This document shows, one piece after another, positions 19,472 through 30,369 of a stretch of 64,000 bases of DNA (its first letter is position 1; the number at the start of each line of letters is the position of its first letter). The notes under the pieces were generated by a model. The model ran no database searches, was not told the origin of the DNA, and saw only the letters and a list, made by a program, of their open reading frames with translations. Origin of the DNA: Planctomycetota bacterium (GTDB lineage: Bacteria > Planctomycetota > UBA8108 > SXIK01); NCBI GenBank assembly GCA_965223265.1, contig OZ244999.1, forward strand, positions 5,056,001-5,120,000, given 5' to 3'. Both the position numbers and the translations under genes were made by a program.

Positions 19472-21124
19472 TTACCGTGCGACGGTTTTTTCCGTCCGTG
19501 CCGGGCGCCGACGCACCGTTCGCAGGCCGCCGCGCAGCACCGAAAGACAGAGCAGAGCAGGGGCAAACCAGTGTCCCCCGGCACCATACAGCGTCGGCAT
19601 TCGCCCCGGCCGCACCTCTTTGACCACGACCTCGCGCGACAAGATGTTCTCGCCCTGGTCGAATCGTCCACTAGCATGCACCACTCCCGACGGCCCTACG
19701 TTGGTGCAGCGCACCAAAGGTGTCCGATTCTCCACCACCCGCAACTGCAACACCGCGGCGTGCTGCGGAATGTGAGCCGTGAGCCCGTACCAGATGTCCT
19801 CCGTGATGTTGACCATGAAATCTACGCCGCGAGAATTCTGGCGGACGAACTCCGGCAGAATGGCTTCATAGCAAATGAGACTGCGAAATTGCGAATCCCC
19901 CAGCTTCAGCCGCGAGTTCTTCTCGCCGGCGGCGATCGTGCCGACGGGAATGTCAAAACGCTCGAGGACAGACTCCGGCAACAAGGTCGCAAACGGTATC
20001 ACCTCCCCGAATGGCACGCGCACGATCTTTTCATAAAACTCCGGTGTGCGCCCAGGGACGAGGTAGACGGCGACATTGGAGAGAGGTAGTTTGCGTCCAG
20101 CAACAAACCCGGTGCCGCCGGCGAACAGCGGGACCCCAACGTCGGGCCGCTCCACCCCAAAGCTCCGAAACCCCAACCATGGATCCGCCCCCGCAGTCAG
20201 GTTGAAGACCGCGTCGTCCCGAATCCCTTGGCCGACTCGTCGCGCCTGAGAGATGGCGCCTTCCGGCCAGACCACGAGGTCAACCTCGCCGTCGCTCAGG
20301 TCGGTCAGCGTCTTCTGGGTGAGTCGCCGGTAGGTTTCGAGACCGGCCGCCAACCGCTCACCAAATCCAAGTGCGCCCTGAAGAAGCAGGACGCGAATCG
20401 GCTCGCGAGACTGCTCAAACCGCTGCACCTGCTGCAGACGGATCGACCCGTAGACGTTGGCGAACACAAGCGCGACGATCCACGTGGCGACGCTCTTCCA
20501 CGGCAGCGGCAGGCGCCGGTGACGCGCCCGCCAAACGAGAAAGAGAACCACGTTCGTCAGCAACATGAGCGCCGTCAAACCACTCGCCCCGAAGAGATCA
20601 GCACACTGCAGGAGAGTCTCCCGTGGCGCCAAGGCGACACCGAAATGCCACGTCCAGAGGCGCGGAAAGTAGTGCTCGACGCCGACCCAAAAGGGCACGA
20701 CCCACAGAATCGAGGTTGCGCCCCGGCAGCGCCCCAGTACCCCCCCTAAAAGAATCCACGGCAACATCGAATACGTCAGCCAGAAGAGAAAAGCCACGAC
20801 CGCAAGCACGCGGGGCATCTCCGTGAAGACGCGGGCGGCGTGATAGATCCAGATGAAGCCGCCCGCTTCGATCGCACAGCCGAGCGCGGCGCCGAGCAGG
20901 ATTCCGCTCCACCCTCCCCGGCCTGCGGCTGCAACGAGAAACGGCACCAGCGCGAACCATGCGAGGACGTCGAGGTGCCACGCGCCGCCGTACTGCGGAA
21001 ACGCGAGCACGAAGAGCAGGCTCGAGAGGAGCGTCGCCGCGGCCTGGCCGCGAGAGACTGTGGCGACGGGCATCCCTGGAACCGAAGCGGACTCCGCCTC
21101 CCCGCGGCGGCGCGCTGACGACAT
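19472..21124 (-). CDS. lnt: apolipoprotein N-acyltransferase
   Basis: VVWPE, K..VPFGE, LICYE, ITEDIWYG, RVVENR. Confidence 0.93.
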   Translation of the reverse strand: MSSARRRGEAESASVPGMPVATVSRGQAAATLLSSLLFVLAFPQYGGAWHLDVLAWFALVPFLVAAAGRGGWSGILLGAALGCAIEAGGFIWIYHAARVFTEMPRVLAVVAFLFWLTYSMLPWILLGGVLGRCRGATSILWVVPFWVGVEHYFPRLWTWHFGVALAPRETLLQCADLFGASGLTALMLLTNVVLFLVWRARHRRLPLPWKSVATWIVALVFANVYGSIRLQQVQRFEQSREPIRVLLLQGALGFGERLAAGLETYRRLTQKTLTDLSDGEVDLVVWPEGAISQARRVGQGIRDDAVFNLTAGADPWLGFRSFGVERPDVGVPLFAGGTGFVAGRKLPLSNVAVYLVPGRTPEFYEKIVRVPFGEVIPFATLLPESVLERFDIPVGTIAAGEKNSRLKLGDSQFRSLICYEAILPEFVRQNSRGVDFMVNITEDIWYGLTAHIPQHAAVLQLRVVENRTPLVRCTNVGPSGVVHASGRFDQGENILSREVVVKEVRPGRMPTLYGAGGHWFAPALLCLSVLRGGLRTVRRRPARTEKTVAR

Positions 21125-21594
21125 TCAGCGTCTCCCCTTGAATGCGCAGCGCTCGGGCAGACGAGCGAGGCTCCTCATTCGTCGTTCGCTCAGCTCGGCA
21201 GTCGGCCGGGCCGAACAAGCGCGCAAGCGCCGTCGCGGCGATGAGCGATGCTCCCCAGTGGCCGATAATCTGCGCCGTTTCGCGGCCTGTGCCGGCCGCA
21301 GCTCAACGTCGAATTCCAACATGTTGCTGGCGTATAGATGACCGGTGATCGTCATAAATCAAGGCACTACACCCTCTTTTCTTGATTTCTCGACAACAAG
21401 ACGGTAGGTAGACCCGAATACCGCGTGCGCTGGCGAGAGGAAATACCGAGCGTGCGCGTGGACTGAGCCTGTGCAGCCTTCTCTCTGTGAGGTCAACGCC
21501 CACGCGCCCCGGCAGGGGGACCCTGGAACCTTGCCACCGGACTGACGCGACAGCGCCGCGGAGCGCGTCCGACGGCCCTGGCTGAAGAGAACGA

Positions 21595-24500
21595 TTGAAG
21601 AGACTCATGCGGTACACATTCTGCGTCGCGTTCCTCGCTCTTGCCGTCGGCTCAGGCGCCGCCGCGCAGGAGGAAGGCGGCGACGAGGCAGCGAGCGGCG
21701 CTGCAGAGACTCCGTCGCCCCCGGAATCGCCAGCGGACGAAGCTGCGAGCGTCGACCCGGTCGCTCCCGACAACGTGCCGACAAGTGAAATCCCTCGCGA
21801 TACGTACGAGCCGATCGGCCCACAGCTGTTTCCGGTCTACTGGCGGACCTATCGTACGGTCGACGAGACGACGATTCTCAGCGTGCTCTACGTCTTTCGC
21901 ACGACGTCCAGAAAGGACGGGAGCTATTCGACTCTACTCGCCCCGATTTTCTACTCCGATCGACGCGTCGAGCCGCCGGGAACGCGAATGTACCTCTTTC
22001 CGCTCCTCTACTTCAGCGGCGAAGACGACGACGCGTCGTTTCGCGTCTCGCTGCCGTTTTACTACGATTTTCAGCGAGCGGAATCGGGTTTTCGATATCT
22101 GTTTCCGCTTTGGATGCAGACCGCGACAGACGAGCGCAAGTTGACACGTGACCACGTCCTCTTCCCGCTCTACCGATTGACGCACGATCTACGCGACGCC
22201 GAGGAACCCGTGGTGCGTTCGCGCTTGGGAATCTGGAAGATCCTCGAGCTGTGGGAGTCGCGGTCTTCGGAGACGCAGACGGATGTCGCCAGTCTCACGC
22301 TCTTCAACTGGGGCGAAGAGGCGCAGTGGCCCGTCTCGCTCTTTCGCTCCTCGTGGGAACAGGAAGGAGAGTCGACGAACGGATTCACGTACCTCTTCCC
22401 TCTCTACTGGCATCGTGAGCGAATTCATGCGTCAGACCTCGCCATCCTGCCGCTCTTCGGACAATTCTCCGGCGGCGGACGCAGCGACCTCTTTCTCTTT
22501 CCGCTGTTGTCGCGATTCGGCGGCGGACCCGGACCAGAGAGTCGCGCCGACGTTCTCTTCCCGCTGTTCAGTTACCGCAGTGCTCCTGAATCTCTCTGGG
22601 TGGGTGTTTTGACCCCCATCTTCTCGTATTCGCGCCGGCACGAGAGTTTCTCCGTGGCAACTCGCCCGTTCTACTCGTACATGCGTTCCAATGAAGAGAT
22701 GCCGTGGTTCTCGCGACTCGGGGTCTACAGCCAAAGCTATACGCCGGCGACGGACAAACGCGCCTACTCTGTGCTCTTTCCACTCGTATACCACAACGTT
22801 GAGCCTGACGATTCGGCTGGCAACCGCTGGTTTTTCCCGTACTACGAGACCTTCAACGAAACTCGTGGATGGCGATTTCTGTTACCCCTCTACCTGCAAT
22901 GGCGGGCACGCGCCGGCGGCACCACAGACCGGTTCTTCAGCTACGGCCTGCCAACGTATTTTGCGTGGGGCAATCCAGATGACTACTTCGCTTTTGCTTT
23001 CCCGCTTTACTGGGCAGATCACGAGGGTAAGAGAGGCTGGCGAGTCCTCGCGCCTCTTTACTACGATTTCTACTCGGCGACGTCGCGCGGGCTCTACGCT
23101 CTGCCCTTGTTCGTTTGGCGAGATCTGCCGTCGCGAAATCAGCTAGCGATCGCATGGCCGGCCTACGTCTACCAGAAGTTCTTCGGACTCGACGGTGAAC
23201 CAACCGGTAGTTCGCACAGCCTCCTATGGCCGCTCACCAAGGTGGAGTCGCGAACGGACGGCTATGACTACCGCCTCTTGCCGCTCTTTTGGTTCTCCCG
23301 TCAAGGAGACTACCGCGGCATGCTGTTGTCGCCGCTCTACTTCCAGCAAGATGGGCCACGGGGAACGCACAGATACTTCATTCCGTTCTACGGTCGCCAT
23401 GAGACGGCCGGCGTCACGACAGACTACTACGCTGCGGGCACAGTGATTCGAAGCGAAGAAAAGAGCGACGCGGGAGAGGTCCAGCGGTCGAAACTTGACC
23501 TGCTTTGGTCGCTTGCAAGCTTCGAGGACGACTATGTCACTGGCGGTGGACACACGCACTTTCTTCCGATCGGCTATTGGAACACACGTTCACCGCAGAC
23601 CGACCGTACGATCCTGGGACCGCTGCACTACTCGCACCGAATCATTGAGGAAGAGAAAGAGCACAATCTGTCGCTCTTCTTGGGCAATCTCTTCTTTTCG
23701 AAGACGGTGACCGCACCGGCGCCGCCGGCCCCATCGGCGCCCGAAGGAGAAGATGAGGTCCAAGTCGACCAGCCAATCGGCGCCGGACGACCAAACTCCG
23801 GGCGCGGCGGGCGCGGCGGACTCACCGTGCCCGCAGTCAGCCGAGATCGAGACCTGGCAACACCAAGCTGGCAGGACGCCTCCATGGCGTCACGTGCTGC
23901 TGCAGCTGACTCACCGCTCTTCCCGCTCCAGGTGCCGAGTGGCGAGCCGGCCTCCCCGCCTTTGGATTCGACCGCTCCCGATCTCGACAGAGCTACCGCC
24001 GTCGTCCAAAACCTTGGCGCGCCGCCGCAAGTCGAGCGCCAGGAAGTCTGGCGCGATCGAGGGGTCTTGTGGCCACTCTCGCGGTGGTACCAGTCGGCCG
24101 ACGGCGATCGTGGCGCATGGGTGATACCCTTCTACTTTGACACCGAAGACGAATTCACCAAGACCGACGCACTCTTTCCGCTCTATTTCCGACAGAAGCA
24201 AGAGCGCAAGTACGACCTCAGTTTCTTTCGATATTTTTTCCTCTACAACCACGAGACATGGCTCGGTGGCAATCGGACAACCGTCGGCCAGCTCTTGTTC
24301 GACTGGTTCGCCGATGAAGTGAGTCAAACGTTTCGCCTGCGGCTTCTCTATCCCATCGTCGAATTCGAGACCAACCGCGAAGGGTTTAGTTTCGAATTCA
24401 CTCCGGCATGCCGCTTCGAGCAGCGACTGGTTGGCGGCGAACTGGTCAAAACGAACCGCTTCTTTCCGTTCTATTGGCAAGGATCGACCGAGCGACTTCA

Positions 24501-25353
24501 GGAAGGCGACGGTGACGCCGAGTCACGCTGGCAAACCGACCGCAGCCATTTCTTCCTCTTCCCTTTGTTCGGCTACAGCTCTCGGAGCACACGAACCGAC
24601 TACCACGTCGTTTTCCCTCTGTTTCACCTGCAAGATTCGCAGGACGCGCTCAGGTTCGAAGTGTGGCCGTCGATCTTCTACCGCGACGAACCAAGCCTTT
24701 TCGGATTGCGCCTCTGGCCGCTACACGCCGACGAGACGGGCGAAGTTGCAGGCGAGTTTTGGGTTTCGCGATACTTATTCTTCTCAAAGCGGTTCGTCAG
24801 TACCGACGGCGTGTCCTACCGTTTCGATCCGTTTCTCTTCCGGTACGGTTCGGGTCCGGAGAGTTTCGGCATCGGGGCGCTGTTCGAAATGATGGCCTAC
24901 GATCGCGACGGATCCGACTGGTCTTTTCATGCCCTGCCCTTCGCTTTCGGGAGTCGCGATGGGGACCAAGCGACGTGGGGTATGATCCCGCTTTACTATT
25001 CACAAGATTTCGGCGCCAACGTCATCGATCACGCCGTACCGTGGCGTTTTTTCTTCCCCGTCAATCATCTCTACAACGCCGCGGGCGAGCACCACACGTC
25101 CATCCTGTGGTTCCTCTATGATCAGACAACAAACCCGACGCGACCGGACTACCACGAACGCAGCGTGCTGAAAGGTCTCTTTCTCGATCGCAGCACGGAG
25201 ACCTCACGCCAATTCTCAATTCAGCCGTTCTATTCGTACTTTCGCGACGACGCCACCGACGAGACCGATGTCTGGTACTTCCTCTACTTCTACCGTTACC
25301 ATAAAGAGCACGGAGAAGAGAAGCGAAGGATCTTCTGGTTCATTCCGTTTTGA
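21595..25353 (+). CDS. large exported aromatic-repeat protein of unknown function
   Basis: Signal peptide; about 40 hydrophobic-P-aromatic motifs (LFPLY-like); central Pro-rich linker; C-terminal Phe. Confidence 0.85.
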   Translation: MKRLMRYTFCVAFLALAVGSGAAAQEEGGDEAASGAAETPSPPESPADEAASVDPVAPDNVPTSEIPRDTYEPIGPQLFPVYWRTYRTVDETTILSVLYVFRTTSRKDGSYSTLLAPIFYSDRRVEPPGTRMYLFPLLYFSGEDDDASFRVSLPFYYDFQRAESGFRYLFPLWMQTATDERKLTRDHVLFPLYRLTHDLRDAEEPVVRSRLGIWKILELWESRSSETQTDVASLTLFNWGEEAQWPVSLFRSSWEQEGESTNGFTYLFPLYWHRERIHASDLAILPLFGQFSGGGRSDLFLFPLLSRFGGGPGPESRADVLFPLFSYRSAPESLWVGVLTPIFSYSRRHESFSVATRPFYSYMRSNEEMPWFSRLGVYSQSYTPATDKRAYSVLFPLVYHNVEPDDSAGNRWFFPYYETFNETRGWRFLLPLYLQWRARAGGTTDRFFSYGLPTYFAWGNPDDYFAFAFPLYWADHEGKRGWRVLAPLYYDFYSATSRGLYALPLFVWRDLPSRNQLAIAWPAYVYQKFFGLDGEPTGSSHSLLWPLTKVESRTDGYDYRLLPLFWFSRQGDYRGMLLSPLYFQQDGPRGTHRYFIPFYGRHETAGVTTDYYAAGTVIRSEEKSDAGEVQRSKLDLLWSLASFEDDYVTGGGHTHFLPIGYWNTRSPQTDRTILGPLHYSHRIIEEEKEHNLSLFLGNLFFSKTVTAPAPPAPSAPEGEDEVQVDQPIGAGRPNSGRGGRGGLTVPAVSRDRDLATPSWQDASMASRAAAADSPLFPLQVPSGEPASPPLDSTAPDLDRATAVVQNLGAPPQVERQEVWRDRGVLWPLSRWYQSADGDRGAWVIPFYFDTEDEFTKTDALFPLYFRQKQERKYDLSFFRYFFLYNHETWLGGNRTTVGQLLFDWFADEVSQTFRLRLLYPIVEFETNREGFSFEFTPACRFEQRLVGGELVKTNRFFPFYWQGSTERLQEGDGDAESRWQTDRSHFFLFPLFGYSSRSTRTDYHVVFPLFHLQDSQDALRFEVWPSIFYRDEPSLFGLRLWPLHADETGEVAGEFWVSRYLFFSKRFVSTDGVSYRFDPFLFRYGSGPESFGIGALFEMMAYDRDGSDWSFHALPFAFGSRDGDQATWGMIPLYYSQDFGANVIDHAVPWRFFFPVNHLYNAAGEHHTSILWFLYDQTTNPTRPDYHERSVLKGLFLDRSTETSRQFSIQPFYSYFRDDATDETDVWYFLYFYRYHKEHGEEKRRIFWFIPF

Positions 25354-25561
25354 GCCGCGGTCAGCGCTCGAAACACTGAAGCACCGACGCGCAGCGATTT
25401 CGATCCTACCGTGACCATTCTTGCGTCTGTCCCACCGTACTGGTATGCGATCGTAGCGATCGTGATTGCGACGCCACTCTACTTCCTGATCACGCGTCCG
25501 CGCCGCCGCAAACATGACTCGAAGTGGAAAGGCTGAGTAGATTCGGAGATCAGGCTCACCG

Positions 25562-27160
25562 GTGTCCCCCCATCAGTCGAACGATCAACGCGACCTACGT
25601 AGCACGCTGATCGTCGGGCTCCTTACGGTCTGCAGCCGCGTTGCTGGCCTGGCGCGCGAGGCGGTGCTCGCGCTTTTTCTTGGAACGCGGGTCGAAGCCG
25701 ACGCGTTCCGAGTCGCGTTCTTGCTGCCAAACTTGCTCCGACGCCTAGTGGGCGAAGGAGCAGCGACGAGCGCTTTCGTCGCCGTCTATAGCCGCCACGC
25801 GCGCTCCGAAGGCGATGAAGGCGGCGTCGATTTCGCTGAGCGGTTCCTCACGCTTTGGATTTGCGGCCTCGCTATCATCGCGCTGGCCGGTGCCTACTTC
25901 ATGTCCGACCTTTTCCACGTGATCCGCCCGGCACTCGGTGACGGCAAGCTCACCGAACCCGCGAACTTCGCGCTCACGATTGATGTCAGCCGCATCGTCT
26001 TCGGCTATGTTTTCTTCATCGGCGGCGTCGCTGCGGCGCAAGGAATCCTGAACGCTCGTCGCATCTTCGGGGCACCAGCCTTTGTCCCAGCGCTCTTCAA
26101 CGTCGTCGTCGTCGCCGCCGCGTGCATCTTAGCTACGCTCTTCGCGCCTGGACGCGCGGTGTTCGCCATCGCGTATGCGATCCTCATCGGCGGAGCTTTT
26201 CAGCTCGCCTGGTTGATCCCGCCGCTGTGGAGGATCGGCGTGCGGTTCAAGCTCCGCTCTCCATTCGGCCACGCGGGGGTCTCAGACGTCCTGCGGTTGA
26301 TGGTGCCAGGCATCATTGGCGCTGGTGTCTATCAGTTGAGCGTCGTCTTGAGCACCCTCATCGCCGGTCGTTTGCCCCATACCGGTTCGATCGCGTCACT
26401 TGCCTACTCGAATCGCTTCATGGAATTCGTTCTCGGCGTCTTCGTTGTCGCCTTGAGCACGGTCAGCCTCACCTCCCTTGCACGCTTCGCGGCGGCCGGA
26501 GACGAAGAGCTGTTTGCTACTCGAGCTCTTGAGATGGTCCGCCTGATCCTCTTCGTGACCATTCCAAGTACCGCAGGGCTCTTCGTCATCCACTCACCGC
26601 TGATCTCCCTCGTCCTTGAGCAAGGAGAGTTCGGAGACACCTCACTCGCCATGACCGTCGCAGCCTTTCGCTGTCACCTGCCGGGTCTCGTGGCCATCGG
26701 TGTGAGCAGGGCGCTCGTCGCCGGCTTTCATGCGCGCAAGAACCTTCGTACGCCGGTCGTGGTGGCCGCTTGGATTTTGCCGTTCAATCTTGCGCTGGCG
26801 TACGTACTGTCCCTTGGCCCGCTGCGCCACGCTGGGATCGCACTCGCGGCAAGCGTCGCGGCATGGGTGCAGTGTGCGACTCTTTTGAGTCTCTTCTATC
26901 GGGAGGTTCCTCGCTTGCGCTTGACCGGCCTCCCCCGATTCCTCGCGCTCACGATCGTGGTCAGCGCGGTGATGGGGGCGATCTGTCAGCTCAGCGCGGC
27001 CGCAATTCCACTTCCTGAAGGTAAAATCCTGCGCGCGGCGTGGATCCTCATCGTCGTCGGCATCGGCGTCGTGAGTTTCTTCGGTCTCGCGACACTTTGT
27101 CGACTTCCGGAGTCGCGCGCGCTACTTGGACTTTTCCGACGCAGCCGGCATGTCGACTGA
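25562..27160 (+). CDS. murJ: lipid II flippase MurJ/MviN
   Basis: SRVAGLARE, DAFRVAFLLPNLLRRLVGEGA, YSNRFMEF. Confidence 0.93.
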   Translation: MSPHQSNDQRDLRSTLIVGLLTVCSRVAGLAREAVLALFLGTRVEADAFRVAFLLPNLLRRLVGEGAATSAFVAVYSRHARSEGDEGGVDFAERFLTLWICGLAIIALAGAYFMSDLFHVIRPALGDGKLTEPANFALTIDVSRIVFGYVFFIGGVAAAQGILNARRIFGAPAFVPALFNVVVVAAACILATLFAPGRAVFAIAYAILIGGAFQLAWLIPPLWRIGVRFKLRSPFGHAGVSDVLRLMVPGIIGAGVYQLSVVLSTLIAGRLPHTGSIASLAYSNRFMEFVLGVFVVALSTVSLTSLARFAAAGDEELFATRALEMVRLILFVTIPSTAGLFVIHSPLISLVLEQGEFGDTSLAMTVAAFRCHLPGLVAIGVSRALVAGFHARKNLRTPVVVAAWILPFNLALAYVLSLGPLRHAGIALAASVAAWVQCATLLSLFYREVPRLRLTGLPRFLALTIVVSAVMGAICQLSAAAIPLPEGKILRAAWILIVVGIGVVSFFGLATLCRLPESRALLGLFRRSRHVD

Positions 27161-27227
27161 AGCTCAACGGCACACTTTCTTCGTCGAGGCGTGGCCTGGT
27201 TGGCACGGAGGAATTGCAGACCGGGTG

Positions 27228-27243
27228 TTCAACAGGCTGTTAA
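27228..27243 (-). repeat. solo MITE terminal repeat abutting the permease stop codon
   Basis: ttcaacaggctg followed by TTAA, identical to the right end of the 48288-48465 element. Confidence 0.55.
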
Positions 27244-29615
27244 GCGCGGCCGATCATCACGAGGGGACACGTCGTGCGCCGTGCAAATTCGAGCGTAAAT
27301 GTGCCAAAGCCGCGTCGCCGGCTGGCACGGTGCAGTCCTAAGACGACCAAATCGGCGGCCGTGGCCTGAGCCATCAACAACTCGGACGGAGAGTCACTGC
27401 GCAGCACCTCGATCACCGCCGACTCTCCGACCTCGTCGCGCGAGATCGTGCTGAGCTCTTGTCGCGCCCGTTTCATTTCGCGCGCCGTCGCGCGTTCCGG
27501 CAGAATCCTGACGTATCTGACTCTCATCTCGGCACACGGTGCATCGGCGACCTGAACGGGCTCACTCGAAGGGATCGCCGCCATGCCTGAAGCTTGTCGA
27601 TCGACGGAACGCTCCGCAGTAGTGGCGCCTGTCGACACACCAACGAGTGCTGGCAAGGCAGTTCGTTTCGAAATGTCCCGAGACGACGAGTGAGAGACAC
27701 GCGTCAGGCTTCCGAGAAATCGCGCTCGAAGCGTGTCGTGAACGCCACGACCACTCAGCGGTACGAGCACTTCGCGCACGGCTGAAAGCGACCACCCCTT
27801 CTCGGCGCGAAGGACGACGACGTCGGATTCGACCGTCTCGATCAACGTCTCGAGAGGCGTAGCCGCGCGGCTCAAGTCACTCAGTCCGACAAGGAGACTC
27901 TCGCACCGATGCAGAGTCGCGACGCGACTGATCTCCTGCCATGGGCCGGTACCAATCGTCGTCAGCGTCTCCGGGCAGAGACCTGCAGCCAGCGACGCGT
28001 TGAGAGCCTCTCCCAAAACCTGTTGAGCCATCATCAATCGCCCGTCATTGGGCGTCACGTCGTCGTCGCTGGGAGCTCGGACGACGTTGAGTAGCAGGAC
28101 GCGACCGACTGCGGGCGGAGCGAGCGCGTTGGCCAGCGCGACCATGGAAGCAGCGCTGTCGGGATTGGCAATGGGGACAAGAACGAGGGGGTTACGCCCG
28201 CGCAATCGCGCCACAGTTGGGTCGAGGGCTTCGGTTGCGGCATCGACGACTCTCGCCTGACGCGCGAAAATGACGATGAAAAGGATCGCTCCAAAACCCA
28301 GCCACGAAACCATGATGTAACCGGCGGCGGGCACAGTCGCTCCCTGAAACGCGGCCAGAGCGAAACAAGTCAGCCCACCGAGTACGGGAACAGCGGGAAA
28401 GAGCGGAGTGCGAAAGCCGCGCAACTGGTCCGAAGCGCGCCGACGCGCCTTGATCGCGATGACGTGAGCGAGTGCGAAAGTGACCAAAAAGATCAGACTC
28501 GACGCGGCACCAGCGGCGGCGAGGTCAGGAACGACGACGATGAGAACCAAGGCGATCGCCCCCGTGGAGACGACGGACACGACGGGAATCCGCCGCCGGC
28601 GGTCGCAGCGAGCGAGAAGCCGCGGCAGAGTACGATCCTGAGCCATGGCGTAGCTGACACGGGAGGCGGCGAAGACGTTCGCCTGGAGCGCGGAGAGCAT
28701 GGAAAGCGTCGCGGCAACGAGCACCAGCCAGTAGCCAAACGAGCCCAGATAGTTGCGCGCAGCGACGGCCACCACAGTCTCAACGTTCGCGGCGCTCAGG
28801 GTCGTGATCGATTCACCCGCCGGTACGCCGGCTGTCGCGATCACCGCCAGGAGAGGCAAGTAGATCACCAGCGCAAGCGACAGCGACCACATCATGGCGC
28901 GCGGAATCACACGCGACGGCTCCTTGATCTCTCCGGCAACTGCCGCGATCAAGTCGAAGCCTTGCAGCGCGATGAACGAGAACCCCATCGCCTGGACAAA
29001 TCCCATCGCTCCGCCAGCGAAAAACGGCTGGAAGTCCTCCATCGAACGAGCTGCAAGATTCTGCGGCACCTTGAACAGCCCAGCAACAATCAGCACGCCG
29101 AAAACGACGAGCTTACCGACATTGGTCCAGCCCGAAGACGTTCGCTGCGAAACGCTCAGAGTGAGGACATAGAACGCCGCAGCGGCGGTGGCAAGAACGG
29201 TGGGCAGTCGATGCGAACCGAGCCAGCTTGCCTCCAGCTGTCCGTCCCCAAAAAGTTGCCTCAGAACCTCCGCACCAAAGTAGCCGAACCCGACCGCATA
29301 GAGCACAGCAGCAACAATCGAAGCGAACCAAACGATCCAGCCCACCATGAAGGCGGCCTCAACCGAGAGCACTTTTTTAGCGAACGTGTAGGTGCCACCG
29401 GATTGAGGAAATGCCGACGAGAGCTCAGCAAAACTCAACACCGTGAGCAGAGCTATGAGTCCGTTCGCCCCAAAGGCCAAGATAGCGCTAGGCCCCGTTT
29501 TCGCGAACGCGACTCCTGCCAGCGCCAGGATGCCCCCGCCGACGATGGCGCCGACGCCGACGCCCGTGGCGCTGAGTAGACCGATTCTGCGTGCCGCTAC
29601 GTTCTGCCGACTCAA
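27240..29615 (-). CDS. APC-family amino acid permease fused to two universal-stress-protein-like domains
   Basis: GAIVGGGI, FAELSSAFPQSGG, GFDLIAAVAGE; C-terminal VLVPIANP and VLVPLSG USP starts. Confidence 0.88.
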   Translation of the reverse strand: MSRQNVAARRIGLLSATGVGVGAIVGGGILALAGVAFAKTGPSAILAFGANGLIALLTVLSFAELSSAFPQSGGTYTFAKKVLSVEAAFMVGWIVWFASIVAAVLYAVGFGYFGAEVLRQLFGDGQLEASWLGSHRLPTVLATAAAAFYVLTLSVSQRTSSGWTNVGKLVVFGVLIVAGLFKVPQNLAARSMEDFQPFFAGGAMGFVQAMGFSFIALQGFDLIAAVAGEIKEPSRVIPRAMMWSLSLALVIYLPLLAVIATAGVPAGESITTLSAANVETVVAVAARNYLGSFGYWLVLVAATLSMLSALQANVFAASRVSYAMAQDRTLPRLLARCDRRRRIPVVSVVSTGAIALVLIVVVPDLAAAGAASSLIFLVTFALAHVIAIKARRRASDQLRGFRTPLFPAVPVLGGLTCFALAAFQGATVPAAGYIMVSWLGFGAILFIVIFARQARVVDAATEALDPTVARLRGRNPLVLVPIANPDSAASMVALANALAPPAVGRVLLLNVVRAPSDDDVTPNDGRLMMAQQVLGEALNASLAAGLCPETLTTIGTGPWQEISRVATLHRCESLLVGLSDLSRAATPLETLIETVESDVVVLRAEKGWSLSAVREVLVPLSGRGVHDTLRARFLGSLTRVSHSSSRDISKRTALPALVGVSTGATTAERSVDRQASGMAAIPSSEPVQVADAPCAEMRVRYVRILPERATAREMKRARQELSTISRDEVGESAVIEVLRSDSPSELLMAQATAADLVVLGLHRASRRRGFGTFTLEFARRTTCPLVMIGRA

Positions 29616-29745
29616 AGAAAGTGTCCGATAACCGAAAACTCAGGTGTCGATACGGAGTGCCCTTCTTGATCGGCTTGGCGACAAAGTCTCCTGCAGATTG
29701 GATTGCGCCAGGGTCAGAAAGACGCCGGCCGAAACCGCGCTCAAC

Positions 29746-30369
29746 TCACAGCGTCGCCGCGCTCACCGCACGCATGAAAGCTCGGATCTTGGCGTGATCC
29801 TTGCGTCCCGGTGATTGCTCAACCCCGCTTGACACGTCGACAGCCGCTGGTCGCGCCACCTCGATCGCTTCAATCACGTTATCGGGCGTCAGGCCCCCCG
29901 CCAAAATCGCCGGCGTGTGATCTCCGACCCTCCGCGCCACATCCCAATCGAAGACTTCTCCGGTTCCCCCCGGTGTCTTTGGGTGGTACGCATCAAGGAG
30001 AATGCGATGCGGAGCGTACGAAACAACTTCCGACGGCTCAAAACCAGGTCCGACCCGAAACGCCTTAATCACGGCAGGCACTTTCAGCGTCGTCGCGTAC
30101 TCTACAGATTCGCTGCCGTGGAGCTGGGCGGCGCCGAGGCCGGCTCGCCGCACGCACTCTTCGACAACACTCCGCGGTTCGTCAACAAAAACGCCAACGG
30201 TCAAAACATGAGAGGGAATCTCGCGCACGATCGCCGCCGCCGACTCACAATCGATCGCCCGGGGTGACTTGTCGTAAAACACGAACCCGAGCGCCCAACA
30301 ACCAGAGTCGACCGCGACCAAGGCATCTTCGACGTGACAGATGCCACACACCTTCACGTCAACGCTCAC
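29746..30369 (-). CDS. trpF: phosphoribosylanthranilate isomerase
   Basis: VKVCGI, SPR, QLHGSE, GGTGEVFDW, LAGGL, VDVSSGVE; GTGA overlap with trpC. Confidence 0.96.
   Translation of the reverse strand: MSVDVKVCGICHVEDALVAVDSGCWALGFVFYDKSPRAIDCESAAAIVREIPSHVLTVGVFVDEPRSVVEECVRRAGLGAAQLHGSESVEYATTLKVPAVIKAFRVGPGFEPSEVVSYAPHRILLDAYHPKTPGGTGEVFDWDVARRVGDHTPAILAGGLTPDNVIEAIEVARPAAVDVSSGVEQSPGRKDHAKIRAFMRAVSAATL

Noticed and set aside
27200-27218. sigma54 promoter (TGGCACG...TTGC)
   Set aside because: The spacing is 2 nt too long, and the site lies between convergent gene ends.
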